Source: a virus
UHGV virus genome: UHGV-1363143
DNA: 64,000 bases
Direction: 5' to 3' (one strand)
The translations under genes were made by a program, and so were the position numbers. How positions within the stretch are numbered: position 1 is the first letter of the stretch; the number at the start of each line of letters is the position of its first letter. This document shows, piece by piece, positions 51,065-60,645 of the stretch. The notes under the pieces are model-generated. The model searched no databases, was not told the DNA's origin, and saw only the letters and a program-made list of their open reading frames with translations.

Positions 51065-51752
51065 TGAACAATTATTTGATTATATATCATGTCCTGCTTA
51101 CTATGATATGAAACACAATAAGAGATTGGGATACCAAGAAGGACCTACAATGCAAAAACTGCTTGATCATGTGGCAAGATATTTCTATACAAACCTACTT
51201 AATAAAAAGATATGCTCAATGGACGAGCTTAAAAAGAAATGGGACTCAGTATGTAGTAACAATAAAGAGTATATTAATAGCAAAAGAAATATTGAAGGAA
51301 TGAACTACATTATCAATTTTGCTAGATGGGCCTCCAACAATAAAATAATGCTGGCTGACTTTGATAGCTCATATACAGTATCAGTAGATGATATTCAGGT
51401 ACATGGAACTATTGGACCTGTCGCAGTACTACCTGGGAGAAAGTGCGAATTGCTTGTAAATAGATTTAGCAATAGAGAACCAGACCAATATGATATTGAT
51501 AGAAAGCTTAAGTATACATTAGATTGTTATGCTTTTAAAAATGCATACCAGCATGATATTGACGCAGTTAAAGTTGTACATTTTAAGAATAATAAAGAGT
51601 TCTTAACTCATAGAACGCAGACAGATTATGATAGGCTAATATCTACTATAAGAGGCGTTGCTAATGGAATATCTGCTGAAGCTTACTATCCTAGAGAAAG
51701 CGTATTTTGTAGCACATGTGAGATGAAACCATATTGCAAATACTGGAGCTAA
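51051..51752 (+). CDS. Cas4/RecB-family-like nuclease with 4-Cys Fe-S cluster signature
   Basis: N-terminal Cys (ISCPAYYD) plus C-terminal C-x2-C-x5-C (CSTCEMKPYC). This is the cysteine arrangement of Cas4/AddB-type PD-(D/E)XK nucleases. The catalytic D/ExK motif is not confidently placed. Confidence 0.45.
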   Translation: MNLTDEQLFDYISCPAYYDMKHNKRLGYQEGPTMQKLLDHVARYFYTNLLNKKICSMDELKKKWDSVCSNNKEYINSKRNIEGMNYIINFARWASNNKIMLADFDSSYTVSVDDIQVHGTIGPVAVLPGRKCELLVNRFSNREPDQYDIDRKLKYTLDCYAFKNAYQHDIDAVKVVHFKNNKEFLTHRTQTDYDRLISTIRGVANGISAEAYYPRESVFCSTCEMKPYCKYWS

Positions 51753-51850
51753 TTTATATTTATATGTTAAATAGATAAAAAGATAAGTAATAGAATTGGT
51801 ACGGAAGGCGAAACGCCACAAGCACCATTGAATCAAGGAGTGAGTTTAAA

Positions 51851-52006
51851 ATGTCAATTACTATAAAAGAATTTGATGGTTATAATTTAAAGGAAGAGGT
51901 GAACTCAATGGCTAAAAAGTGTGCCCCAAAAAAGAAGGAAGCTTGCGCTCCTACTAAGAAGAAAAACACTAAAGAAGCTTGCAAGACTAAAAAGAAAAAG
52001 AAATAA
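51851..52006 (+). CDS. 51-aa Lys/Cys-rich basic protein (not in ORF track)
   Basis: AAGGAGTGAG RBS. Encodes MSITIKEFDGYNLKEEVNSMAKKCAPKKKEACAPTKKKNTKEACKTKKKKK, with three (E)AC..KKK repeats. Confidence 0.45.
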   Translation: MSITIKEFDGYNLKEEVNSMAKKCAPKKKEACAPTKKKNTKEACKTKKKKK

Positions 52007-52016
52007 TTCTAAGGAT

Positions 52017-52058
52017 AGACTATTGCTAGTAATTTCTAGTAGTAGTCTTTTCTTTTTT
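52017..52058 (+). terminator. imperfect hairpin + T-tract
   Basis: GACTAttgCTAGtaatttCTAGtagTAGTC followed by TTTTCTTTTTT. Confidence 0.5.
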
Positions 52059-52143
52059 AAAAACATAATATTTAAACAAGAGTGAATAAGAGAACTTTAT
52101 TAGAAATTCAGTTCTCTATCGTTTAAATAGGATGGTGTAAAAC

Positions 52144-52695
52144 ATGGCTTACAAAAGAAGATTTACCCGTAAGAAGAAGACAACTGATGATAAGAAATCA
52201 GAAGTCAAAAAGATGGGTAAGATTAAACATAAGATTACTGAAGTAGACGGTATCAAGTTCCATAGCAAGATGGAATCAGATTACTATATATACTTAAAAG
52301 ATTTAAAAGCTCAAGGAATTGTAAAGAGTTTTAAACTACAACCTGAATTCATATTGCAAGACAAATTTATTGTTGTAGATGGAGTGGTATATGAAGGATC
52401 TCATGAAGACTTTAATAAGCTCAAGCGTAAGACCAAGGCTCCAACAGTACAAGCAATTAAATATATATCAGACTTCGAAGTAGAATATACTAATGGAGAA
52501 GTGAGGATAGTAGACACCAAAGGGCAAGAGACAGCAGACTTCAAGATTAAGAAAAAGATGTTTGCATATAAATACCCACATCTTACTTTAGATGTAATAA
52601 TACTAGATAAAGAAAAAGGCTGGATACCTTATGATGAATACCAAAAGGACAAGAGATTAAGAGCTAAAGAAAAGAAATTAAGAGGTGCATCATAA
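52144..52695 (+). CDS. DUF1064-like PD-(D/E)XK nuclease (putative Holliday-junction resolvase) with Lys-rich N-terminal extension
   Basis: ..EVDGIKFHSKMESDYYIYLKDLKAQGIVKSFKLQPEFIL....YISDFEVEYTNGEVRIVDTKG....KKKMFAYKYP.. This is the pattern of the small phage resolvase-like family (D...E.E...D.KG). Confidence 0.45.
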   Translation: MAYKRRFTRKKKTTDDKKSEVKKMGKIKHKITEVDGIKFHSKMESDYYIYLKDLKAQGIVKSFKLQPEFILQDKFIVVDGVVYEGSHEDFNKLKRKTKAPTVQAIKYISDFEVEYTNGEVRIVDTKGQETADFKIKKKMFAYKYPHLTLDVIILDKEKGWIPYDEYQKDKRLRAKEKKLRGAS

Positions 52696-53579
52696 TGGCA
52701 AACTACGACAATGAAAATCAAAGACTTGAAGAAAAACAAGAAGAATGGTCCGATATTGAAGAATATGTAATGATTTATAAAAAACAATTTGAACCTGGAG
52801 CTACTAGCAAAGATATAAGAGAAGCTAAAGACGCTGCTCAAGAACTGGTGGCAAGATTCAATCCTTTATTTAAAAAATATATAATGCTATTCAAAACTGG
52901 CCAAATAGATTTTAAAGATTCAGATGTAAAAACATTCATCAGTACATTTATAGATGATCCAAGATTACATAGAGCTTTAAAAAGACAGAAAAGTAGAACT
53001 GAATACAGGTCAGACATCTATAAGAAATTCGGTTTCGTTCTTGAAACCTACGGACAACTCCCAGAAGAAGATATACTTATCGACATGCAGATGTTATTAT
53101 TAATACTTGCTAAAAGATATAAGCAAGTTGGTAAAAACTTCTGTGCCTACGTACACAACTGCTTCAGATATGAAGTAAGTAGACATATCAAGAAATACAT
53201 CAAGAATCCATTAAACATTTCATACAAAAACACATCATACGAAGACACAAGCAATGGACAAGGTGATACTAATATCACTATGATTCATGAAGATCTATAC
53301 TACGAGCCACACAACGGAATTCCAAATATGACTTGGATAAATGGCGAAACATGTTCTGAAATTTTCTCTTTATTAAATCCACTTGAAAGAAAGATTATCG
53401 TCAAATACTATGCAGAAGAATACAATGACAAGCAAATAGCTGATGCATTAGGATTACATATAAATACTGTTAATCAAAAGCGTAGACAAGCTATTGCAAA
53501 ATTAGCTAAAGACCTTAACATAAACTTAGATTCTGTTAAGCGTAATAGACATAGTGGAAGACAATCAAATAGCTTTTAA
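52695..53579 (+). CDS. sigma-70-family RNA polymerase sigma factor (phage-encoded)
   Basis: Region 2-like ..LLILAKRYKQVGKNFCAYVHNCFRYEVSRHIKK.. and region 4 HTH ..LERKIIVKYYAEEYNDKQIADALGLHINTVNQKRRQAIAKLAK.. TAATG overlap with the upstream gene. Confidence 0.65.
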   Translation: MANYDNENQRLEEKQEEWSDIEEYVMIYKKQFEPGATSKDIREAKDAAQELVARFNPLFKKYIMLFKTGQIDFKDSDVKTFISTFIDDPRLHRALKRQKSRTEYRSDIYKKFGFVLETYGQLPEEDILIDMQMLLLILAKRYKQVGKNFCAYVHNCFRYEVSRHIKKYIKNPLNISYKNTSYEDTSNGQGDTNITMIHEDLYYEPHNGIPNMTWINGETCSEIFSLLNPLERKIIVKYYAEEYNDKQIADALGLHINTVNQKRRQAIAKLAKDLNINLDSVKRNRHSGRQSNSF

Positions 53580-53643
53580 CTTGTTTCATGCATAATATTA
53601 CGCCATTGTCATTTTGACAACATCGTTAGAAAGGATAGATATT

Positions 53644-53976
53644 ATGGAAAAATTCAATAAGATAAATATCTTAGGAACAGTATATGAGTTCAAAATTACA
53701 AAGAGGGAAAATGATCCTAATCTAGATAATAATGATGGATATTGTGATTCCTCTACTAAGACTATAGTTGTTGAGGATATGATTCCTGAAAAGTATTCTA
53801 AAGCGAACTTAGAAGAATATACAAAACAAGTAGTTAGACATGAAATGATTCATGCATTCTTATCAGAAAGCGGTCTTGCGGCTTGTAGCTGGGCAGATAA
53901 CGAGGAAATGGTAGATTACTTTGCTATACAACTACCTAAGATAGTTAAAGCAATGAAATTGATGGATGTATTATAG
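53644..53976 (+). CDS. small HExxH zinc-metallopeptidase-like protein (SprT/ImmA-like); start moved to ATG after AAAGGA
   Basis: VVRHEMIHAFLSESG contains HEMIH. 110 aa. Confidence 0.4.
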   Translation: MEKFNKINILGTVYEFKITKRENDPNLDNNDGYCDSSTKTIVVEDMIPEKYSKANLEEYTKQVVRHEMIHAFLSESGLAACSWADNEEMVDYFAIQLPKIVKAMKLMDVL

Positions 53977-53992
53977 AAAGGATTGATGATAG

Positions 53993-54259
53993 ATGAAAGA
54001 GTTAACTATTAATAATTTGGAAAATTGTTTTATTGCAGCCAAAAAAAATGGAGCAAGATTTGTAGGAGTTAAGATATCTATGAAGGGATTCCCAGTTCCA
54101 GAAGTAATCATAAATGAATATCCTAACTTCGATAAAAAGCTAGAGTATTATAAAGGGGCATATAATACAGACCTAACATTAAAAGCTACAGATGCTATCA
54201 AAATAATAGGATTTACTTATGGAGACAGCTATAAAGAAATCCAAAAGGACTTAATCTAA
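53993..54259 (+). CDS. hypothetical protein
   Basis: 88 aa. Confidence 0.3.
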   Translation: MKELTINNLENCFIAAKKNGARFVGVKISMKGFPVPEVIINEYPNFDKKLEYYKGAYNTDLTLKATDAIKIIGFTYGDSYKEIQKDLI

Positions 54260-54340
54260 AATGAAAGAATTAATTAAAAGATTTATAGGCTTTTGGATGC
54301 TCCCTCCAAAAACAATGAAAGATCTTATATACGTATAATA

Positions 54341-54371
54341 AAAACAGCTTATTAGGCTGTTTTATTTTTTT
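54341..54371 (+). terminator. rho-independent terminator
   Basis: AAAACAGC-ttattag-GCTGTTTT followed by ATTTTTTT. Confidence 0.8.
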
Positions 54372-54412
54372 ACATTCCTTTTAATCTTTTTTCAAAAACT
54401 CCCAGTAACTAC

Positions 54413-54441
54413 TTGCAACTCCTAGCAGTTTGTAGTAAAAT
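54413..54441 (+). promoter_or_regulatory. sigma-A-like promoter with palindromic operator AACTcCTAGcAGTT (54417..54430)
   Basis: TTGCAA - 17 nt - TGtaGTAAAAT. About 45 nt near-identical to 46069..46108. The palindrome is the near reverse complement of the copy at 46075. Confidence 0.55.
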
Positions 54442-54499
54442 ATATTTACAGAAATGAATTACATAATATATTAATAGATTCAACAAAGGATGTGAGTGA

Positions 54500-56230
54500 A
54501 TGATTTGGAAGCAAAATAGAGAAATTACTTCTGAATATATAGAAGAACTTGCTAGAGAATTTGAAACAAATGAATTACTAGTAAGAATACTACTTAACAG
54601 AAAAAACGATAAAGAGTTTGCAAGAATAGCTCTTAGGGATTTATACGAAGCTATCATTCCTGCTGAAAGACTAGTAAATGGTCAAGCAGTAGCAGATGTA
54701 ATAGCAAGACATATTAGAAATGGTAGTAAAATTTACATTCACGCTGACTATGATGCAGACGGCTTAAATAGCGGATTCATTATGTATGAAACAATTAAAG
54801 AAGTTATTGAAGTCGCTCAAAGTAATGCTTACGTAGAAGTTTACTTCCCTGAAAGAATTAATGGATATGGATTATCGTTTGATTTTGCTAACAATCTAAT
54901 ACAAACAAAAGGTGATGAAGATATATTAGTAATTACTGTAGACAATGGAATTGCTCAAGTAGAGCAAGTGGAATTACTTATGAATAATGGTATTGAAGTA
55001 GTTGTCACTGACCATCACATGAGTAAAGAAGATGGTATTCCTAATTGCTTAATCTGTGATCCACATAATGAATATATAGAACAAGACGATACATTTAAAC
55101 ATTTATGTGGTGCTGGTGTAGCATTTAAAGTTTGTGAATTACTTCAAAAGAACTTTGGATATCACGATATGTATAGATTTGTTACTAATGTAGCAATAGC
55201 TACTATAACAGATGTTATGCCATTAAATGCAGAGAATATGGCCTTTGTAAGATATGGATTAGATATTATTAATTCAGAATACTGTCCTGTAGGAATTAAA
55301 GCTATGAAAGAGTTCTTAGGAATAACAGTTATGAACTCAGCAAACATAGCTTGGGAAATAGGTCCAAGACTTAATGCCTGTGGCCGTATGAATAATACTA
55401 AGATAGGTGGAGCCTTATTAATGGAAACTGACTATCATATGGCAGTAGACCTTGTAAATGAAATTGAATTAATAAATGAATCTAGAAAAGAGAAAACCAA
55501 AGAAGCTGAAGAACAATTATCATCAATGAACTTTGACAATGACTATGTATGCATTATTAAACTTGAAGAGTTGCCAGAAGGTATAGTCGGAATAATTGCT
55601 GGAAGAGCTGCTGAAAGATTTGGTAAACCATCAATAGTTGTAACTGAATCAGAAGATGGAATATGTAAAGGATCTGCTAGAAGCATTTCAGGATTAGATT
55701 TACATTATCTATTCAACATAGAAGTTTCTAAAGGTAATATAGAAAACTTCGGTGGACATAGTGAAGCAGCTGGTATCTCATTTAGAGAAGATAAGCTAGA
55801 AGAATTAAAAGCTAGTTTAAACGAATCAATACAGAATCTAGCGTTATCACAACAACATGACTTAAGTGTTGTAGAAGAAGAACCAGTATTAATGATTGAT
55901 GAATGTATTGAAATAAAACATTTAAATCAGAATACTTTCAACTTAATAAATGAACTACCTTATGATAAAGATACATTTGCTAAGCCAGTTTTTGCATTAG
56001 TTGACTGTGAGGTTAAAGACTTTGTACCAACTAAGACTAAACCCGAAAACTTATGGCTAACAGTTAAGCAAGGTAAACAGACTGTTAAGTTATGGTGCCA
56101 AGGAATGACAGAAGTTTATAAATCAAAAGGTTGTCCTAAAGTAATACATTTAGCTGGCTACATTGAAAAGAACTTTATGTCAGGCAGACCATATATTCTA
56201 AAAGTAATAGATATAGCTGATGCTTCATAG
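54500..56230 (+). CDS. recJ: single-stranded-DNA-specific exonuclease RecJ (DHH/DHHA1)
   Basis: YIHADYDADGLNS (DHH motif I-II), VVVTDHHMS (DHH), NFGGHSEAAG (DHHA1 GGH). Confidence 0.8.
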   Translation: MIWKQNREITSEYIEELAREFETNELLVRILLNRKNDKEFARIALRDLYEAIIPAERLVNGQAVADVIARHIRNGSKIYIHADYDADGLNSGFIMYETIKEVIEVAQSNAYVEVYFPERINGYGLSFDFANNLIQTKGDEDILVITVDNGIAQVEQVELLMNNGIEVVVTDHHMSKEDGIPNCLICDPHNEYIEQDDTFKHLCGAGVAFKVCELLQKNFGYHDMYRFVTNVAIATITDVMPLNAENMAFVRYGLDIINSEYCPVGIKAMKEFLGITVMNSANIAWEIGPRLNACGRMNNTKIGGALLMETDYHMAVDLVNEIELINESRKEKTKEAEEQLSSMNFDNDYVCIIKLEELPEGIVGIIAGRAAERFGKPSIVVTESEDGICKGSARSISGLDLHYLFNIEVSKGNIENFGGHSEAAGISFREDKLEELKASLNESIQNLALSQQHDLSVVEEEPVLMIDECIEIKHLNQNTFNLINELPYDKDTFAKPVFALVDCEVKDFVPTKTKPENLWLTVKQGKQTVKLWCQGMTEVYKSKGCPKVIHLAGYIEKNFMSGRPYILKVIDIADAS

Positions 56231-56260
56231 TGTCAGCTACCTACAAAAGGAGAAGTATAA

Positions 56261-56626
56261 ATGAATATATTTGATAGAAAAGAGAACCTTAAACTCAAGA
56301 GAATTATTCATTTATCTACAAGTAAATCTTTAAGTGTAAATCCATTTACAATAGAACTAGAACTAACATTTTCATTTAGTACTGTAGCAAATACTCCTGA
56401 AGAATATTTTTATAGTATCAATAAAGAAGATGTAGCTTACTACTTTCCTATGATAAGGAACTATAGCTTATCAAACTTTGATGCAATATCTAGAGAAATA
56501 TCCTATGGAACAGATACAGACTCATTATTTACAATAACCTATGCGGCAAGCAACCCTCTAGCCCATAGACAAGTTAGAAAAATTAGGGATGAGATAGGGA
56601 GGATATCTTATGAATATATTCGATAG
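56261..56626 (+). CDS. hypothetical protein, paralog A (shared N-terminus MNIFDRKE.LKLK)
   Basis: AAAAGGAGAAG RBS. Confidence 0.35.
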   Translation: MNIFDRKENLKLKRIIHLSTSKSLSVNPFTIELELTFSFSTVANTPEEYFYSINKEDVAYYFPMIRNYSLSNFDAISREISYGTDTDSLFTITYAASNPLAHRQVRKIRDEIGRISYEYIR

Positions 56627-57113
56627 AAAAGAGCTTAAGTTAAAGCAGAATATAGCAAACTTTGCTACCGATATAAGAAAGGCTCCTACATATAACCCAA
56701 TTAATTTTGCTATTGAAATGGATATAAATGTTGAGATATTAAAAGGATTAGATTACTGGTCAATTCCTGTAGAACCGATACTAGAATACATTGGGCCAGG
56801 CAAGATAAAAAGTGTTAAATTAGAATTGGAGTCTATGACTATACTAAGTGTAGCACTAGGAGAAACTAAAACAAGACAAGCAAGATTAAGATACGTAGGT
56901 GAGTACGAAGAAAAACCACGAAGAGAAGCAATATATATAGGCACATCTCAAACTACCAACTGGGAAGAATTCTTAAGACCTCAAGTTCTTACATCAGCTC
57001 CTATATATACTGATGAAAGTGTAAGGGGTGCAAGAGGCACAAGAGGCACAAGAGGTCTAGAATGGAGATTTGAAGATCATACTTATGGATTAGGATTGAA
57101 TGACGAAGAATAA
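56610..57113 (+). CDS. hypothetical protein, paralog B (shared N-terminus, RG-repeat C-terminus)
   Basis: GGGAGG RBS inside the 3' end of paralog A. C-terminal RGARGTRGTRG is encoded by a 9-nt triple repeat. Confidence 0.35.
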   Translation: MNIFDRKELKLKQNIANFATDIRKAPTYNPINFAIEMDINVEILKGLDYWSIPVEPILEYIGPGKIKSVKLELESMTILSVALGETKTRQARLRYVGEYEEKPRREAIYIGTSQTTNWEEFLRPQVLTSAPIYTDESVRGARGTRGTRGLEWRFEDHTYGLGLNDEE

Positions 57114-57128
57114 CTGGAGGATAATTTT

Positions 57129-60100
57129 ATGAAAAACTTTACTCATATACACGTACATGATTATTTTAGCTTCTTAGATGGATACGGCTCACCTGCAAGT
57201 AAAGCAAAGAGAGCTAAAGAACTAGGAATGACAGCAATAGCTACAACTAACCATAATCACTTAGGAGGTTGTGTAGAATTCCAAAAAGCTTGCTTTGATG
57301 AAGGAATTAAGCCAATACTTGGAGTAGAACTTTATTACACAGAAGATACTTCTATATTAAGTAAAGATTCAAAAGTAAGGTATCAATTAGCTTTAGATGC
57401 AGCCACTGAGGCTGGAATAGTAATACCACCAAAGGCTAAGAAGAAAGATATAGCAGAATTAATAGCTCCATATGAATATAATACAAAGCAACACCACATT
57501 ATATTCTTAGCAAAGAATCAAACTGGCTGGAAAAACTTAATTAAGCTACAATCAGAAGCTGCTAAGGTATGCACTTATAATGGAAGATTCCTATGTGATG
57601 ATGATATGATACTTAAATATAGAGAAGGTCTAATAATGACTACTGCTTGCTTAGGTAACATAGTAAATCAATATTTTATTAAAGGCAAAGTAAAAGAAGC
57701 ATATAATCAACTAGATAAATGGCATACTATATTCGGTGAAGATTTTTACATTGAAATACAACCTTTAAATCAAGGCGATCAAGCATTATGCAACTATTAT
57801 TTAATTGAATATGCAAAAACTCATAATATTAAGATTATAGCAACTAATGATTCGCACTATACTTATGAAACCGATATAGATGACCATGATACATTATTAT
57901 GTATAGGGTTAGGTAAATTAAAAGAAGACAAGGATAGGATGAAATACGCTCCTGAATTTTGGTTAAGAAGTTATGAAGAAATGCAAACTGCATTTACAGC
58001 ACAATATTTAAACAGTCCTCTTTTAAGAGAAAAGATGTCTTTGGAAGAATACTTAGCTGTTACAGAACTTGCACTAGATAATACTAACTTAATAGCTGAT
58101 AAAGTAGAAGCAAATATAAAGCTTGGTTCGGACAAGCCAATACTTCCAAAACTTGATATACCAAACGGATTTACATCAGAACAATACTTAACTCTATTAT
58201 CATACAAAGGTTTATTTAAATACTTATCAAAACATAAAGAATTAAACATACAAGAATACTTAAATAGATTAGCCTTTGAATTAAATGTAATCAACACTAA
58301 AGGATATGCTGACTACATGCTTATAGTTAAAGACATAGTTGACTGGTGCCAGGAAAATGATATTCCAGTAGGTCCAGGTAGAGGAAGTGCAAGTGGTTCA
58401 TTATGCCTATTCGTTAATGGAATTACTAAGTGTATAGATCCTATAAAATATGGATTACTATTTTCAAGATTCTTAACTATGGATAGAACAGCTTTACCTG
58501 ATATTGACACTGACTTCTCATATTTAAACAGACAAGAAGTTATTCAATATTTAAGAGATAAATATGGAGAAGACTGTGTATCGTTCATAGGAACTTATAC
58601 TGAATTAGGTGTAAAGAATGGACTTAAAGATGTTGGTAGAGTTCTTAATATAGATTTTACTACAATGAATGCATTATCTAAAAAGATAGATGAATGGACA
58701 GGAGAAGCTCCTTCAATTAAATTCAAAGATTTAGATAAGCTTGCTAATGGTAATGCTATGGATAAAGAAATCTATGAAGAATTTAAAGAAACTGAAAACC
58801 AATACTCAGAATTATTTAGATTAGCTAGAGCATTTGAAGGCACACCAAGAAACCAAGGTGTTCATGCTTCAGGAATATTGGTTACTCCAATGCCAATAAA
58901 TGATATGTTTCCTACAAGAGTTGATAAAGAAGGAAACTTAGTTACATTATACACTGGACCACAAGCTGAAATGGTTGGTGGAGTTAAGTTGGATATACTA
59001 GGACTTAAAACTCTTGATGTATTAGATTTAACAATTAAAGCAGTTAGCCCTGAAGCAACAGTATATCAATTATACGATATTGTAGATGGTCATTTAGATG
59101 ATGAGGAAATGTTCTCAGCATTATGCAGAAAAGAAACTGAAGGTATCTTCCAATTAGAATCAGCTTTATTTAAAGGAATGATTTCAGACATGCTACCAGA
59201 TAAGTTGGATGATATAACTCTTATTACTTCATTCGGTAGACCTGGACCATTGAGTGCTGGACTTCATACTGAATTTGCGAATAGAAAGAAAGGCGAAAGT
59301 GAAGCAAGAGAACCACTTCCTAATACATGGGATATAGTAGAGGATAGCTTAGGTGTATTAGCTTACCAAGAACATACAATGAGAATAGCTCAAAGAGTAG
59401 CTGGATTTGATGATAACCAAGCGGACTCATTCCTTAGAAAGGCTCAAGCAAAGAAAAAGAGAGCATTACTAGACCTATGTAATCAATGGTTTGTATATGG
59501 AAAGATTAATGAAGAGCCACCAACTGGATATGATTATGAAAACAAGAACCAACCTTATTATGATCCAACAGCTAAATATGGCTCAGAAATTAAGGGTGGA
59601 ATAGCAAATGGATATAACGAACAAGATCTTATAGATTATAACCATATGATAGATGGATTCTGCTCATACCTATTTAATAAGAGTCATGCATGTGCATATT
59701 CATTTATAAGTGTTTGTACAATGTACTTAAAGACTTATTATAGACCTCAATTCATGGCTGCATTATTAAGCTTACAATCTAAGCCAGAAAAGATAGACTT
59801 ATATTGCAAGGTTGCACAAGGATATGGAATAGAAATGGCAGCACCAAATATAAACCTATCTAATGAACACTTTACTGCAATAGATAATAAAATCCTATAT
59901 GGATTAGGCTCAATAAAGGGAGTAGGGGCTACAGCAATTCCAACACTAATAGCATGCAGACCTTATACAGATGTTGCGGATGCATATGAGAAAGCTGGTA
60001 AAAAAGCATTCAATAAAAAGATTGGTGAATCTTTAATAAAAGCTGGAGCATTTGAGTTCCAAGATGAAAACAGAAACAAAGTTCTTAATATCTTCCAAGA

Positions 60101-60560
60101 TGTTAGAAAAGCCAAAAAGGAAGAAAGATTCGATGAAGAAGCTTATAATGAAGCACTTTGTATTGAATATGAGAAGAATACTCTTGGTAGTGCAATAACT
60201 TACAGACCATATTGGGATACAGTACAAGCTGGAGAAGTAGTTAATGTAACTATGACTCTTAAATCAGTAAGAGAGAAGATAGATAAGAACGGTAATATGA
60301 TGGCGTTCATAAATGTTGACATAGAAAACACAGACTTAAAAGGAGTTGTGTTTGCAAGCACTTACTGTAAGAATGTAGATGTTTTTGATATGAACTTAAA
60401 TACAGAGGTCTATGCTACAATTAAGAAAGATGATAAAGGCGGCTTTATAGTAAATAGAATATTAAAGACTCCACCTAAAACAAAAATAAATACTCCAAAA
60501 GAAGTTACTGATAATATGATTGGGACATTCGATAAGTTATTATCAAGAGTAGCAAGCTAG
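57129..60560 (+). CDS. dnaE: DNA polymerase III alpha subunit (DnaE-type, PHP domain)
   Basis: N-terminal PHP motif HIHVHDYFSFLDGYGSP. Catalytic LPDIDTDF. 1143 aa, length typical of DnaE. Confidence 0.85.
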   Translation: MKNFTHIHVHDYFSFLDGYGSPASKAKRAKELGMTAIATTNHNHLGGCVEFQKACFDEGIKPILGVELYYTEDTSILSKDSKVRYQLALDAATEAGIVIPPKAKKKDIAELIAPYEYNTKQHHIIFLAKNQTGWKNLIKLQSEAAKVCTYNGRFLCDDDMILKYREGLIMTTACLGNIVNQYFIKGKVKEAYNQLDKWHTIFGEDFYIEIQPLNQGDQALCNYYLIEYAKTHNIKIIATNDSHYTYETDIDDHDTLLCIGLGKLKEDKDRMKYAPEFWLRSYEEMQTAFTAQYLNSPLLREKMSLEEYLAVTELALDNTNLIADKVEANIKLGSDKPILPKLDIPNGFTSEQYLTLLSYKGLFKYLSKHKELNIQEYLNRLAFELNVINTKGYADYMLIVKDIVDWCQENDIPVGPGRGSASGSLCLFVNGITKCIDPIKYGLLFSRFLTMDRTALPDIDTDFSYLNRQEVIQYLRDKYGEDCVSFIGTYTELGVKNGLKDVGRVLNIDFTTMNALSKKIDEWTGEAPSIKFKDLDKLANGNAMDKEIYEEFKETENQYSELFRLARAFEGTPRNQGVHASGILVTPMPINDMFPTRVDKEGNLVTLYTGPQAEMVGGVKLDILGLKTLDVLDLTIKAVSPEATVYQLYDIVDGHLDDEEMFSALCRKETEGIFQLESALFKGMISDMLPDKLDDITLITSFGRPGPLSAGLHTEFANRKKGESEAREPLPNTWDIVEDSLGVLAYQEHTMRIAQRVAGFDDNQADSFLRKAQAKKKRALLDLCNQWFVYGKINEEPPTGYDYENKNQPYYDPTAKYGSEIKGGIANGYNEQDLIDYNHMIDGFCSYLFNKSHACAYSFISVCTMYLKTYYRPQFMAALLSLQSKPEKIDLYCKVAQGYGIEMAAPNINLSNEHFTAIDNKILYGLGSIKGVGATAIPTLIACRPYTDVADAYEKAGKKAFNKKIGESLIKAGAFEFQDENRNKVLNIFQDVRKAKKEERFDEEAYNEALCIEYEKNTLGSAITYRPYWDTVQAGEVVNVTMTLKSVREKIDKNGNMMAFINVDIENTDLKGVVFASTYCKNVDVFDMNLNTEVYATIKKDDKGGFIVNRILKTPPKTKINTPKEVTDNMIGTFDKLLSRVAS

Positions 60561-60565
60561 ACATT

Positions 60566-60598
60566 AAGACTAGGTTTTTCTTCCTAGTCTTTTGTTAT
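60566..60598 (+). terminator. rho-independent terminator
   Basis: AAGACTAGG-tttttcttc-CTAGTCTT followed by TTGTT. Confidence 0.7.
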
Positions 60599-60645
60599 AT
60601 CAATATCACTCACACGTAATATTTATTATGAAATACGATTAAGGA

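Noticed and set aside
54261-54338. 25-aa ORF MKELIKRFIGFWMLPPKTMKDLIYV directly after 53993..54259
   Set aside because: It is too short and has no convincing RBS. It is probably a read-through remnant before the terminator.
56610-56626. Programmed frameshift between 56261 and 56610 ORFs
   Set aside because: The second ORF has its own GGGAGG RBS and ATG. The overlap looks like ordinary coupled translation of paralogs.
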